A DNA stretch of 53,592 bases, from positions 1-53,592 of the IMG/VR virus record IMGVR_UViG_3300043420_001594. The stretch is one strand, 5' to 3'. Positions 1 through 8,950 of this stretch are shown here, piece by piece (position 1 is the stretch's first letter; each line of letters begins with the position of its first letter). The notes beneath the pieces were generated by a model. The model had not been told where the DNA came from. It did no database searches and worked only from the letters and a program-made list of their open reading frames with translations. The DNA comes from a virus (lineage: Duplodnaviria > Caudoviricetes). The position numbers were made by a program, and so were the translations under genes.

Positions 1-1
1 C

Positions 2-979
2 TTCACCAAGTTCTTCCATCTGGAGCGGATGTTCCGGTTGGATAAGTTTGACGATTACGGGCCAGAGGATGTGCTTGACCTGACGGTCGTGCAGTACATG
101 CCGTTCGGCGGCACCACTGTGGCGAATTTTCAGGGAGCCAGCTCCAGCTTCACGAATCAGGCGTACCAGCAGGCCGTCCAGAGCGAGCCCTATAGACCGG
201 GGAACCCTCCGGACAACGAGCAGTTCGTCCCGAGTGTTGGCGCCGGCTGCTACACCCGATGGAACCTCGCGCCCAACAACATCAACAACACCAATGTCAA
301 CTGGGGCTACAGTTTCAACGATTCGATCGCAGCCAACCCCACCAACTTCGACGCGTTCCTGCGGACCAACAATCCGGACATCGAGAACACGTTCTTCGGC
401 ATGCGGCTGGCCGCCAAGAAGGGCCTGCAGTTCTCTCAGGGATTCACGACCTTCCAGATCCCCGCCCCGGTGGTCCGCAGGGTCAAGAAACCGGCCCCCA
501 ACAACAACGCGCTCATCCGTCTGGAGGGCCACTTCTTCGTCAAGACGGAGGAGACGGGCAATCCGCCCGCTCCCGTCATCCCCGCCACCCCCACCACTTA
601 CGGCGGGATCTTGGGTGGCAGTTGGGTGTTCTTTCGCCCAGCTGGACAGCAGGACCCGTACGACTATGGAACCTGGCAGGCCGCCACAGCCGTGACCTTT
701 CCGATGGGTCTGCAGGCTGGCGAAACGGTGGTGTGGCAGGACGCGGCCACTCAGAGCAGGACGGGTCACGTACTGGAGGTCACGTTACCGGCGTTGGCTG
801 ACGGCACGTATGATGTGGTGCTGCGGCAGTACCGTCCCTACGTCGGGCCCACCAACCAGGCACTGCTCCATTACGATGAGGCCGTGGCGGTGGGGGCGGT
901 CGTGTTGGCCAACGGCGGAACCTTGACCGCCCTCTACGCCGTGCCAGAGTATCCGGGCCAAACCGCTCAGGACCCGTAG
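2..979 (+). CDS. Virion structural protein (tail/baseplate region), probably 5'-truncated
   Basis: The frame of ORF 29..979 is open back to base 2. The protein is Asn/Thr/Pro/Gly-rich and lies upstream of tail genes. Function inferred from context only. Confidence 0.5.
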   Translation, partial: FTKFFHLERMFRLDKFDDYGPEDVLDLTVVQYMPFGGTTVANFQGASSSFTNQAYQQAVQSEPYRPGNPPDNEQFVPSVGAGCYTRWNLAPNNINNTNVNWGYSFNDSIAANPTNFDAFLRTNNPDIENTFFGMRLAAKKGLQFSQGFTTFQIPAPVVRRVKKPAPNNNALIRLEGHFFVKTEETGNPPAPVIPATPTTYGGILGGSWVFFRPAGQQDPYDYGTWQAATAVTFPMGLQAGETVVWQDAATQSRTGHVLEVTLPALADGTYDVVLRQYRPYVGPTNQALLHYDEAVAVGAVVLANGGTLTALYAVPEYPGQTAQDP

Positions 980-1037
980 GCGTAGGTTGTGTCGAACCTG
1001 AAGGGGCCTTACACTGGTGCAACAACTGAGGTGTTGG

Positions 1038-1676
1038 ATGTCGATCGATAATCTCCCAGTACAGTACAACGTCAGGATCTCGGTGTTGCGCGACGGTGAA
1101 GTCGTGGAAAAGCGGGAGTCCCACAACGTCCTGACCAATACGGGCCGAGCCTGGTTGGCCAAGTTGGTGGGCGCGAACGCCTATCCGGTTGGCGGTGATC
1201 CAACTCCCCATACCCCCGATCGCATCAAATTCATGGGTTTGGGATGTGGTGGCTCGCTGCAGACTGGCGCCAATCTGTTGAAGTTTCAGAGCGCTACCGT
1301 CGACGTCACCAATCTGGAGGACGCGGTCCCGTTCAAGGCCGGCCCCAACAACACCAACTACTACTTGAAGCAGGTGACGCCGCAGGCCACCAACACCACC
1401 TTCTTCCCGACGGCCTACCGGACCCGGTTCATCTTGGAGATTGCGGAGAACGAGATCTCGTACGCCGGCTCCACTACCGCGGGGTCGAACCAGGCCGTCG
1501 GTACGAACGTGCCGATTTCTGAAGCGGGCCTCTACCTGAGCTCCGCTCCGAGTGGCGGGCTGGTTACTCCGGCGGCAGCCAAGACACTCGGTTCCATGGT
1601 CTGTTACGACACCTTCAGTCCCATCGTCATCACCCCTAACGTGATGGTTCGGATTGAGTGGGAACTCCGGTTCTAA
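1038..1676 (+). CDS. Tail-collar / baseplate-associated protein
   Basis: GAGGT RBS before ATG 1038. The pattern HNVLTNTGRAWLA...MGLGCG...ISEAGLY...IEWELRF resembles tail-collar/baseplate proteins that precede fibre genes. Confidence 0.6.
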   Translation: MSIDNLPVQYNVRISVLRDGEVVEKRESHNVLTNTGRAWLAKLVGANAYPVGGDPTPHTPDRIKFMGLGCGGSLQTGANLLKFQSATVDVTNLEDAVPFKAGPNNTNYYLKQVTPQATNTTFFPTAYRTRFILEIAENEISYAGSTTAGSNQAVGTNVPISEAGLYLSSAPSGGLVTPAAAKTLGSMVCYDTFSPIVITPNVMVRIEWELRF

Positions 1677-1702
1677 TTATCACCAGCTAATAAGAGGCGA
1701 AG

Positions 1703-4700
1703 ATGGCCTACAAGTATTTTGGACGACTGGCTGGTTCCACGCTGGCGACCGACGCGGTCACACTGACGTCCCCCGCCAACACCACCACGCCCTTCACGGC
1801 CGTGCTGCCGGCGTCCAAGTTCATCGCGTATGGGGAGAACGCCACCAGCGCGGCGTTCAATCGAGCTCTCACCGCCCTGTCCGTCAACACCGACGCGTTG
1901 GCAGGTGTGTTGGACTCTCCGGCACTCCGATATGAGGTACTGGAGCCGAGTCTTCAGGCCGGTAACCCCGGATACAGCTCTCTGGCGGGTGTGGCGGCGG
2001 GGGCTCAGAAGCTCGACTTGGGCGCAGGTGTGCACCGCCCCGTCACCTGGACGTACGTCGGACTGCACAAGGATCTGTTGCTCCGGCACATGCAGGTAGA
2101 GCGGATTGCCAGCCGATCGGATGGTCAACAACTGCTGGCTCCGTCCGACATCTACGTGAACGCCGCGGCTGCGGCGGTCTCGTCGTCCTACTTCCCCACC
2201 ACCTCCTACACCGGAACGTCCGACAACGCGTTGGCGCTCAAGATTCCGGGTGTCGTGGCGGTGGTGACGGATCTTCCTCCCTACGGTGGAGCCACCGCCC
2301 CCACAGCCGTCAGTTCGTTCGACTCGGACGGATGCCGGCTCACCAACAAGTCGTGGGAAGATCTGTACGCACGTCCCGGGTGTCTGGTGTCGATTACTGG
2401 CGCGACCAACAACCGCGGTCTCTACCGGATCGCCAGCCTGACGGGTGGGAACGGGAACGCCACCTCGAAGGCTGTGCTGACGCGCGCCTACACTGAGGTG
2501 ACGGTAGCGGACGGCACCATCTTCAACGTCGGGGACCTGGTGGGCTGGCGGCCCGAGCCGTCCGACCAGCAGAACGCGGGAACTCCCGCCGAGTACGTGA
2601 ACCGCGCCTATGTGGTGTTCAAGTTCTCGACCGGTAACAACAACCAAGCGGTCCTGTACCTAAGTGACTTGGGTGGCAGCGAGGACCTGAAGATCCAGGG
2701 AACGGCCGTCGCCCACAAGGTCAACCCCACCAGCACCGGCACCGTCTCTATCAGCCGGTATGGCTTGGTCGACCTGGAGTCCGGTGCGACCCAGAACGCG
2801 TCCTTCGTGATCGGCACGTATCTGCTGAATCTGGCCACGGTGGGGGCCAACCCCATCGCCAACCACAGCTCTACAATCAGCGCGATCCTACCGGCCAACC
2901 ACCCGGTTCGCTTCGACACCGTGGCGGCCGCCTACAACGCGACTGTGTGCGCGCCTCCCGGGTACGTCTTGAACCCGGTGATTGGGCTGAGCTCCAACTC
3001 ACTGGGCGGCGACCTCAAGGTCCACGCCCAGGTGCTCACGACGGCGGGGGAGAACTTGCGCTCAGGCGCCGGGACCGCCTCTAAGGGTTCGTTCGTACCC
3101 AGCACCCGGTTCGAGATGTCGCCGGGCTACCAGTCCCTAATGGAGGGGCTGTTCTCGTGGATCCACCGCGGAGACGATGGAGGTACGGGCGCGGGTCCGC
3201 AGGTCAGTCGATTTGCGTCGACCAGGCAGGTCTTGGGTGAGGGACTGTGGTACCTGACGTTCCAGCAGAACCTGCCCAGCATCCCGGCAGGGACGGCAAT
3301 TCAGATCGTCCCGCAACCAAATGAAACCGCCTACAACGCGACCGTGGTCCGGGTGTCTGGCACATCCTTGTGGATCAAGCACGTCTACTTGGATGGTAAG
3401 CAATACGGAAACGGCCACCCCGCCATCGCGGCGGGCGGAACGCTAACGTACGGGAACCCCGCCACCACCTACACCGTTGCGGCGGTGTGGGAGCCCCGGC
3501 TGGAAAGCACGCCGGGCCTGTACGTACCGGACGAGGGCTTGAACGCCCAGTACCACAACCACTACTCCGCCAACCCGGACATCCGCGGAAATCAGGGATC
3601 CGGTAACCGCATCAAGGCTTCGCTTAACCGTCCCCTCACGGTTGAGTTGCCGGCCAACGCAGGTCAGGCCGCATTCCAGGCAGAGAGCCCCCAGCAGGGC
3701 AACAACCAGGATTACGCGGTAATACGATCAGGCCCCGTCGGTGGACCGCCCAACACCATCGACATGGCGTTGGAGGTGGTGGACGGAACTACCTTGCGGA
3801 TCAAAGACGCGAACGCTACGGCGGGCGTAAGGTTCTCCGGGGCTGGTACCAACTTCGACGGGTCCAACAATGCGGCCCTGATGAATGGGGACTACGCCAG
3901 CAACATCCTCGGGGCGATCAATCAGGCCACCGGAAGTCTCAAGACGCATAGGCAACTGTTCACCAACGCACTCCTCCGCGGAGCGGGAGTGCAGGCGGGC
4001 GCAGGTCTGACGATTGACATTGGGGATGCGGAGTTTGTGGGCCTGGCGGGCCTGCATGTGGACGTGTCGGCGAAAACTGGATTTCCCGTGCCTGCCAACA
4101 GCACACTTCTGCTCCGGTGGACGGGTGTGTCGTATGAGGTGGTTGGTGGACTCGTCGAAGGTAGTGTTCCGATCGCTCGTATCACGACGAGTGTGGCGGC
4201 GGTAACGGAAATCCTGGATATGCGGTGGCTGGCCGGAAACATCGACCAGAAGCTGGACATCCGGGTCGGTGGATATGGTGCCCACTTCAGCACCGTCTCG
4301 GGTGCCATCGACTTCATCAACTACATCGACCAGTTCGGCCCCGATTACGTGGACAGAAAGTGGCGGATCCTGGTTTGCGGGGATGTGACGGAGCAGCGGT
4401 GGAACGTGAGATTTGAGGTGGACGGCGTCTGCATCGAGGGTCTCCCGGGCGTCACGATCACGTGGGATCCATCCCTTCAACCCGTCAACAAGAACTACGG
4501 ACTGTTTGACTTCGGGGGCCGCAGCGACCTGTCGTTCAAGAACCTGCACATCCGGTACACCCCTGGGGCGGGCGTCAACACCATCACGACGCCACCGGCC
4601 AGTCGGATGGTCTTCTTCAATAATTCTCCGACCCAGAACAACCGCCTCTTGTTCGATAACGTCAGGATTTCGAGTTCCGTGGCCAGCAAGTTGCACGGTT

Positions 4701-5464
4701 ATCTCCAACTCACTTCCGGCGTCAACGACCTGACGGTCCGCAACTGCTTGTGGGAAGGAGCGTCCGAAAGCGGTGTGTACCTGACCGGACAGGAAATTCG
4801 GCGGGTTAGGATTTCCGGAACCACCCTTAGGGGCAGCTACCCGCGGCAGTTGTCCGGAGGCTTGGGGGCCGGAATCCTCATAATCCCCTCCGCAGATGGA
4901 ACGGACATCTGGGTGACCGACTGTACGGTTGTGGAATGGTCGGACCGCGGCATCGACATCACCGCCACGTCCGCCAAGGTGGAGGGCTGCAACGTTGTGG
5001 AAATCCGGCACGGCGGCAACACCAGCCCCGTTCCTTTGGCGAAGGAAGCGCACGGTATCCGTATGACCGGCCTGGGCACTGATGTCGGGTTCCTTCGAGT
5101 CGGCGATTGCTTGGTTCAGGGGATCGGCACCGCCAACAAGGGCGGTCTGACCCGCGGTATCTCCGTTACGTCGGCAGTAGGATCGCAGGCAAACGCCCAC
5201 ATCAAGGACTGTCTCGTGGCGGACCTGCGGGCCGATGATGTGGCTGCCGAACGGTACGGGGTTTTCGCAGACGGTGTCGACGGCCTGATTATGGGCATCC
5301 GCTACTTCCCGCTTGCGGGTGGACCCACCGGAACGGAGGCGGGGGTCCGACTGCAGGCTACGGCCAACAGGTGGACGGTGGATGCTTGCCAGACCGGGGG
5401 TGCCGGTATCTCCAATGCCGGCGCCAGCACCTACATCGGCGCCATGAACCGGGACGACGCGTAA
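1703..5464 (+). CDS. Tail fibre / tailspike with C-terminal right-handed beta-helix (pectin-lyase-like)
   Basis: 1253 aa, Gly/Thr/Asn-rich. HFSTVSGAID is followed by repeating beta-helix-like strands (LSFKNLHI, LLFDNVRI, LTVRNCLW, IWVTDCTV, KVEGCNV, RVGDCLV). Confidence 0.7.
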   Translation: MAYKYFGRLAGSTLATDAVTLTSPANTTTPFTAVLPASKFIAYGENATSAAFNRALTALSVNTDALAGVLDSPALRYEVLEPSLQAGNPGYSSLAGVAAGAQKLDLGAGVHRPVTWTYVGLHKDLLLRHMQVERIASRSDGQQLLAPSDIYVNAAAAAVSSSYFPTTSYTGTSDNALALKIPGVVAVVTDLPPYGGATAPTAVSSFDSDGCRLTNKSWEDLYARPGCLVSITGATNNRGLYRIASLTGGNGNATSKAVLTRAYTEVTVADGTIFNVGDLVGWRPEPSDQQNAGTPAEYVNRAYVVFKFSTGNNNQAVLYLSDLGGSEDLKIQGTAVAHKVNPTSTGTVSISRYGLVDLESGATQNASFVIGTYLLNLATVGANPIANHSSTISAILPANHPVRFDTVAAAYNATVCAPPGYVLNPVIGLSSNSLGGDLKVHAQVLTTAGENLRSGAGTASKGSFVPSTRFEMSPGYQSLMEGLFSWIHRGDDGGTGAGPQVSRFASTRQVLGEGLWYLTFQQNLPSIPAGTAIQIVPQPNETAYNATVVRVSGTSLWIKHVYLDGKQYGNGHPAIAAGGTLTYGNPATTYTVAAVWEPRLESTPGLYVPDEGLNAQYHNHYSANPDIRGNQGSGNRIKASLNRPLTVELPANAGQAAFQAESPQQGNNQDYAVIRSGPVGGPPNTIDMALEVVDGTTLRIKDANATAGVRFSGAGTNFDGSNNAALMNGDYASNILGAINQATGSLKTHRQLFTNALLRGAGVQAGAGLTIDIGDAEFVGLAGLHVDVSAKTGFPVPANSTLLLRWTGVSYEVVGGLVEGSVPIARITTSVAAVTEILDMRWLAGNIDQKLDIRVGGYGAHFSTVSGAIDFINYIDQFGPDYVDRKWRILVCGDVTEQRWNVRFEVDGVCIEGLPGVTITWDPSLQPVNKNYGLFDFGGRSDLSFKNLHIRYTPGAGVNTITTPPASRMVFFNNSPTQNNRLLFDNVRISSSVASKLHGYLQLTSGVNDLTVRNCLWEGASESGVYLTGQEIRRVRISGTTLRGSYPRQLSGGLGAGILIIPSADGTDIWVTDCTVVEWSDRGIDITATSAKVEGCNVVEIRHGGNTSPVPLAKEAHGIRMTGLGTDVGFLRVGDCLVQGIGTANKGGLTRGISVTSAVGSQANAHIKDCLVADLRADDVAAERYGVFADGVDGLIMGIRYFPLAGGPTGTEAGVRLQATANRWTVDACQTGGAGISNAGASTYIGAMNRDDA

Positions 5465-5474
5465 GGAGCACAAG

Positions 5475-5891
5475 ATGACGGTATACGGATCATCCAGCGC
5501 GGGCACGCCCGTACGTGAGTCGGTCAAAACGTTCTCCAACTCAACCATCTCGGAAGGGCAGACCGGGCTCCAGCTCATGTACTTCATCACGCTGGGTGTC
5601 GGCACCAACGCCATGATTGAGGTGGAAGCGATTGGGGTCCGGACAACTGGCGGTGCCACCGCGTCTCGATATAGGGCGTACGTGTACGCCGATCATAAGA
5701 CCGGAGGAACTAACAACTCGCTAAATACCGAGACCGCCTACACCCCCACCGGCGGGGTGGGTCAGATCACCATTGGATGGGAAGATCAAGCATCCGGCGT
5801 GGCCAGCGTGTACCTCGAGTACACCAAGGACTACGCCACTACCCATACTCTGCGTGTACGTGCGGTTGGCGAGAACGTCACTCTCCAATAG
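5475..5891 (+). CDS. Small beta-rich tail-fibre-associated protein
   Basis: AAGGAG RBS; directly follows the fibre gene; Thr/Gly-rich. Confidence 0.55.
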   Translation: MTVYGSSSAGTPVRESVKTFSNSTISEGQTGLQLMYFITLGVGTNAMIEVEAIGVRTTGGATASRYRAYVYADHKTGGTNNSLNTETAYTPTGGVGQITIGWEDQASGVASVYLEYTKDYATTHTLRVRAVGENVTLQ

Positions 5892-5902
5892 CTAATGGGT
5901 AA

Positions 5903-5957
5903 GCAGAAGGGGCGACACCCCGACCGCCCGAAGGCGGTCAGGATGCGCACCCACTGC
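5903..5957. terminator. Stem-loop between convergent transcription units
   Basis: Core GACCGCC-CGAA-GGCGGTC (5922-5939) with an extendable imperfect outer stem. Lies between the + strand stop at 5891 and the - strand stop at 5962. Confidence 0.6.
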
Positions 5958-5961
5958 TGCC

Positions 5962-6474
5962 TTAGGCAGCCTGCTGACGAACCTTCCGGGCGCCCTTGTT
6001 CTTGGGCGCCAGGAGCTCCTCAACCATTTCGGGCGTGATCTCGGCGTTGGTGTTGGCGGCCTCGGCGGCGGGAGCCTCGGCGACCGGAGCCTCGGCGACC
6101 GGAGCCTCGGCGACCGGAGCCTCGGCGACCGGAGCCTCGGCGACCGGCGCCTTCAGCATCTCCACCAAGCCGTCGAGCTTGGTGTCGATGTTCTTCAGAC
6201 CTTCGGACGTCCGGGCGTCCAGGCTCTTCAACTCGGCGCTGAGTCGCACGACCTCCCGGTCCAGTCCCTCCAGCTCGTTGTCGAGCTTAGTCACACCTTC
6301 CTCCAGTTCCTTGGTCTTCTGGGCGATCTCCGTCAACTGGGCGTCCAGTCCCTCGGCCTTCTTCTCCAGATCCGCCGTCTCCTGCTTCCGGTCACGGTTC
6401 GCCACGTAGGCCTTGCGACCCACGTACGCCGTCACCACCACCGCAGCCACAGCACCAGCAATCTTACCCCACAT
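5962..6474 (-). CDS. Membrane-anchored coiled-coil protein with APVAE repeats
   Basis: N-terminal hydrophobic helix (IAGAVAAVVVTAYV), heptad coiled coil, APVAE repeats, AGGAG RBS; ends QQAA. Confidence 0.75.
   Translation of the reverse strand: MWGKIAGAVAAVVVTAYVGRKAYVANRDRKQETADLEKKAEGLDAQLTEIAQKTKELEEGVTKLDNELEGLDREVVRLSAELKSLDARTSEGLKNIDTKLDGLVEMLKAPVAEAPVAEAPVAEAPVAEAPVAEAPAAEAANTNAEITPEMVEELLAPKNKGARKVRQQAA
6061..6150. repeat. 15-bp tandem repeat x6 (CTCGGCGACCGGAGC) encoding APVAE
   Basis: Four exact units at 6076-6135 plus two variant flanking units. Confidence 0.95.
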
Positions 6475-6563
6475 GATGACTCCTGTATGGGAGGGGGATG
6501 TTGATAAATGGATATGTCCCTCCCTTCATCTTTCTTATCCCCAAATACGGGGCCGTTTTTGCA
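6475..6563 (-). promoter_or_regulatory. Repeated promoter + leader hairpin, copy 1
   Basis: About 90-nt block similar to 6910-6996. On the - strand: TGCAAA...GGGGATAAG, then a GGGAGGG/CCCTCCC leader stem, then the AGGAG RBS. Confidence 0.75.
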
Positions 6564-6630
6564 TTACTAGGTAAAGAAGAGGGCGCAGGTTTTATCCCGC
6601 GGCTCTTCCGATATGTTTTATGAACCAACC

Positions 6631-6759
6631 TTAGGCCGCCTTGGCGGCCTTGCGGTCTTTCAGCCAGTTGTCGAACTTCCCAACACCGTAGGTGGCCACC
6701 ACGTAGGTGGCGGTGAAGGTGGCGGCGGCGACGGCGGTTTTGGCGAGAACTTGACCCAT
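6631..6759 (-). CDS. 42-aa membrane peptide (MGQVLAKTAVAAATFTATYVVATYGVGKFDNWLKDRKAAKAA)
   Basis: Hand-translated and absent from the ORF track. GGAGG RBS; hydrophobic helix followed by a basic tail. Confidence 0.7.
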   Translation of the reverse strand: MGQVLAKTAVAAATFTATYVVATYGVGKFDNWLKDRKAAKAA

Positions 6760-6783
6760 GGCATCCTCCGGGTGGTTGTTGGA

Positions 6784-6909
6784 CTACGCAGCCTTCTTGG
6801 CAGCGGCGCGTTGCTTGACGTTAAAGTGCTGCGTCGTCTTGTCGGCCGCGTAGAAAATAGCAACGAAGAACAGAGCCTGTAGTGCGGCTTTGGCGGCGAG
6901 CTGTCCCAT
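6784..6909 (-). CDS. 41-aa membrane peptide (MGQLAAKAALQALFFVAIFYAADKTTQHFNVKQRAAAKKAA)
   Basis: Hand-translated. AGGAG RBS directly downstream of promoter copy 2; same layout as 6631..6759. Confidence 0.7.
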   Translation of the reverse strand: MGQLAAKAALQALFFVAIFYAADKTTQHFNVKQRAAAKKAA

Positions 6910-6996
6910 GTGAACTCCTGTGGGAGGGGAGTAGGTTGATACAGATATGTCCCTTCCTTCATCTTTCTTATCCCCAAATCCGAGTCCGTTTTTGCA
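6910..6996 (-). promoter_or_regulatory. Repeated promoter + leader hairpin, copy 2
   Basis: Shares GATATGTCCCT.CCTTCATCTTTCTTATCCCCAAAT.CG.G.CCGTTTTTGCA with copy 1. Confidence 0.75.
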
Positions 6997-6999
6997 GTT

Positions 7000-7452
7000 T
7001 TAGGGGATAAAAGTGCGTACCAGCTCCAGAAACCAGTCGTACGGTATTACTGCGTAATCCCCGCTGGCGGTCTTGTGGTGGGTGGGCGCGCAGACCAAAT
7101 CTCCGACCTGAAGGGTAAAGCCTGACTGACCAGTAGAGTCCTGGTGGCAGGTGAGGGGGCGGTCCAACACATCGATCGGTACGACCGCCAACTCTCCGTG
7201 CCCTTGAAACTCCACCACATAGGCTGGAGTTTTACCGATCCGGTAGGCCTGCTTCTTCAGGAAGTCGAGATCCCGGTCCTCAACACGATAACGTGGTTGA
7301 CCCGTCGTCTTGGCCTCCACCAACCACGCGTCACTTCGAACGTCCCGCCGGGCACCCCACCGGGCCCCGGAGGCAGGGGTTGTCCTGCCTCCGAGGTCCT
7401 GGGCGATGCGCCGCTCCTGTTTTACAGACAGCTGCTTGGACGTCTTCTTCAC
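7000..7452 (-). CDS. PD-(D/E)xK nuclease, Holliday-junction-resolvase-like
   Basis: E...TPASGA...DV...LVEAK motif. Likely start is GTG 7452, overlapping the upstream stop. Confidence 0.7.
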   Translation of the reverse strand: MKKTSKQLSVKQERRIAQDLGGRTTPASGARWGARRDVRSDAWLVEAKTTGQPRYRVEDRDLDFLKKQAYRIGKTPAYVVEFQGHGELAVVPIDVLDRPLTCHQDSTGQSGFTLQVGDLVCAPTHHKTASGDYAVIPYDWFLELVRTFIP

Positions 7453-7703
7453 GGTTCCACAAACGGCAGGGCTTGCTGCCTGCTGTTCTCTGCTGCCCGC
7501 GCTTGCACGAACAGGGCCACCTTTTGGACCCACGGGGAAACGGCGTCGCACAGGGCATCCATGTTGCTGGGGCTGTCAATCCACACGTCTGCGGCGGGTC
7601 TGAGATCGACGGCCTCCTGCTTGGTCGGCGCCACTACCTGCAGCACCATCTCGACGTTGCCGTGCCGGACTGTCATGAACGGTTCCTTTGCTGGCCTACC
7701 CAT
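7449..7703 (-). CDS. Hypothetical protein
   Basis: GGAGGTGGAG RBS before ATG 7703; coupled to both neighbours. Confidence 0.6.
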   Translation of the reverse strand: MGRPAKEPFMTVRHGNVEMVLQVVAPTKQEAVDLRPAADVWIDSPSNMDALCDAVSPWVQKVALFVQARAAENSRQQALPFVEP

Positions 7704-8679
7704 TCTCCACCTCCTTATTGATGTCGTCCCCATACATACTGGCATCCGGCAGGCTCTCCAGATTGGGGAACGTGTTGATCCCTATGTCGGCCCACGGACG
7801 GATCGTGTTGATCAGGTGCAGCACCGCCGTGGACAGGATCTGCATGTCCTGATCCAGCTTCTTGACGGTCCGCTCGACCGCATCGACCCGCGCCTTAGTG
7901 GAGTGGGTGGTGATGTCGCTGCGGATCTGCTGCACCTTACTGTCCAGCGAATTGGTCACCTGCTCCAACCGGTCACACATCTCGTTGATTCGGTTGTTCA
8001 TGTTACCGATGTTCTCGGTAATGGTGCCGGGGAGCTCGGGTGCCTGCGATGGCTTGGGAGTGCCCCGGCTCACCGGCATGAATGTCGGCTTCTTGGCGGG
8101 CGGCGGAAGCGTCACCACCCTCTTGACGGGCTTGGGTGGCTCAACCTTCACCTCCGCCACATCTACACTGACCTCCACCGGGGTCTTCACCGGTACGGCG
8201 ATGGTCTCGGTAACCTCCGGCTTGGTCGGGGCCTCGTCTTCAGCGACTTCCTCGTCGTCATCAGGCACGACCGGTTCATCCAGTTCTGAGAAATCGTGAT
8301 CCATCTGGTCCTCCTCTGTCTCCTGTGAGATCTCAATATCCCGCGGCGGCCATTCGGCCGGCGGGCCCTTGCCTTGTAGATTTGCCTGAATCTGCGCAAC
8401 GTACTGAAGGACGCCGGGTCTGAGGGCGGACTCGTTGCAGGCGGACAACTCCGCCGACGCGAACAGTTCCTGCCGCTCGATCACCCAATCGACCAACTCA
8501 TTGGCCATCAGACGGTACGCCCCATCATTTGGAGACAACCCCATCGCCTTGACCGCGATGTGGCGTACCTCAGCCTTGTCCAACACCGCCAGAGCCTTCT
8601 TGGACAGTTTCACTGGCTTGGGCGGTTTCGGAGCTTTCGGAGCTTTCGGAGCTTTCGGTTGCTTTGCTTTTGGCGGCAT
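7696..8679 (-). CDS. Hypothetical protein (Lys/Pro-rich N-terminus, acidic linker, C-terminal coiled coil)
   Basis: GAGGT RBS; KAP repeats; in operon. Confidence 0.7.
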   Translation of the reverse strand: MPPKAKQPKAPKAPKAPKPPKPVKLSKKALAVLDKAEVRHIAVKAMGLSPNDGAYRLMANELVDWVIERQELFASAELSACNESALRPGVLQYVAQIQANLQGKGPPAEWPPRDIEISQETEEDQMDHDFSELDEPVVPDDDEEVAEDEAPTKPEVTETIAVPVKTPVEVSVDVAEVKVEPPKPVKRVVTLPPPAKKPTFMPVSRGTPKPSQAPELPGTITENIGNMNNRINEMCDRLEQVTNSLDSKVQQIRSDITTHSTKARVDAVERTVKKLDQDMQILSTAVLHLINTIRPWADIGINTFPNLESLPDASMYGDDINKEVENG

Positions 8680-8950
8680 CAACACCTCTCACCATGTTGT
8701 GGCAGTTCAGGACCATCGCGTCTGTGTGTTGGTAACAGTCACCGTTGCACGGCAGGGACAGCCGATCACGGTTGTCCCGTATGAACGCGATGATTCGATC
8801 CCGCTTCTTATTGACTGGGTTGGCCGGTAGGTCTTGCGGCATTACTCGGTAATGAAGCAGGTCCTCCATCTGTTGGACCGTGACCTCCGGCGCCACCCTT
8901 ATACCCAATTGTTGCCAGACAACGTGCCTCAGTTCCGCGCGAGTCAGCAC
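8570..8950 (-). CDS. Hypothetical protein with Cys/His cluster (C-x3-C-x2-H...C)
   Basis: GGAGG RBS before GTG 8950; LPCNGDCYQH...CH. Confidence 0.6.
   Translation of the reverse strand: MLTRAELRHVVWQQLGIRVAPEVTVQQMEDLLHYRVMPQDLPANPVNKKRDRIIAFIRDNRDRLSLPCNGDCYQHTDAMVLNCHNMVRGVDAAKSKATESSESSESSETAQASETVQEGSGGVGQG
8626..8658. repeat. 9-bp tandem repeat (TTTCGGAGC x3.7) inside a gene overlap
   Basis: Reads as KAP repeats in 7696..8679 and as ESS repeats in 8570..8950. Confidence 0.9.

Noticed and set aside
3728-5659. 643-aa minus-strand ORF
   Set aside because: It is the antisense shadow of the tail fibre gene, has no motifs, and long shadow ORFs are expected in GC-rich DNA.
6061-6150. 15-bp repeats as a CRISPR array or iterons
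   Set aside because: The units are contiguous without spacers and encode an in-frame APVAE linker.
8895-8930. CTTATACCCA as another copy of the repeated promoter
   Set aside because: It lies inside a gene and lacks both the TTGC element at the conserved spacing and the leader hairpin.
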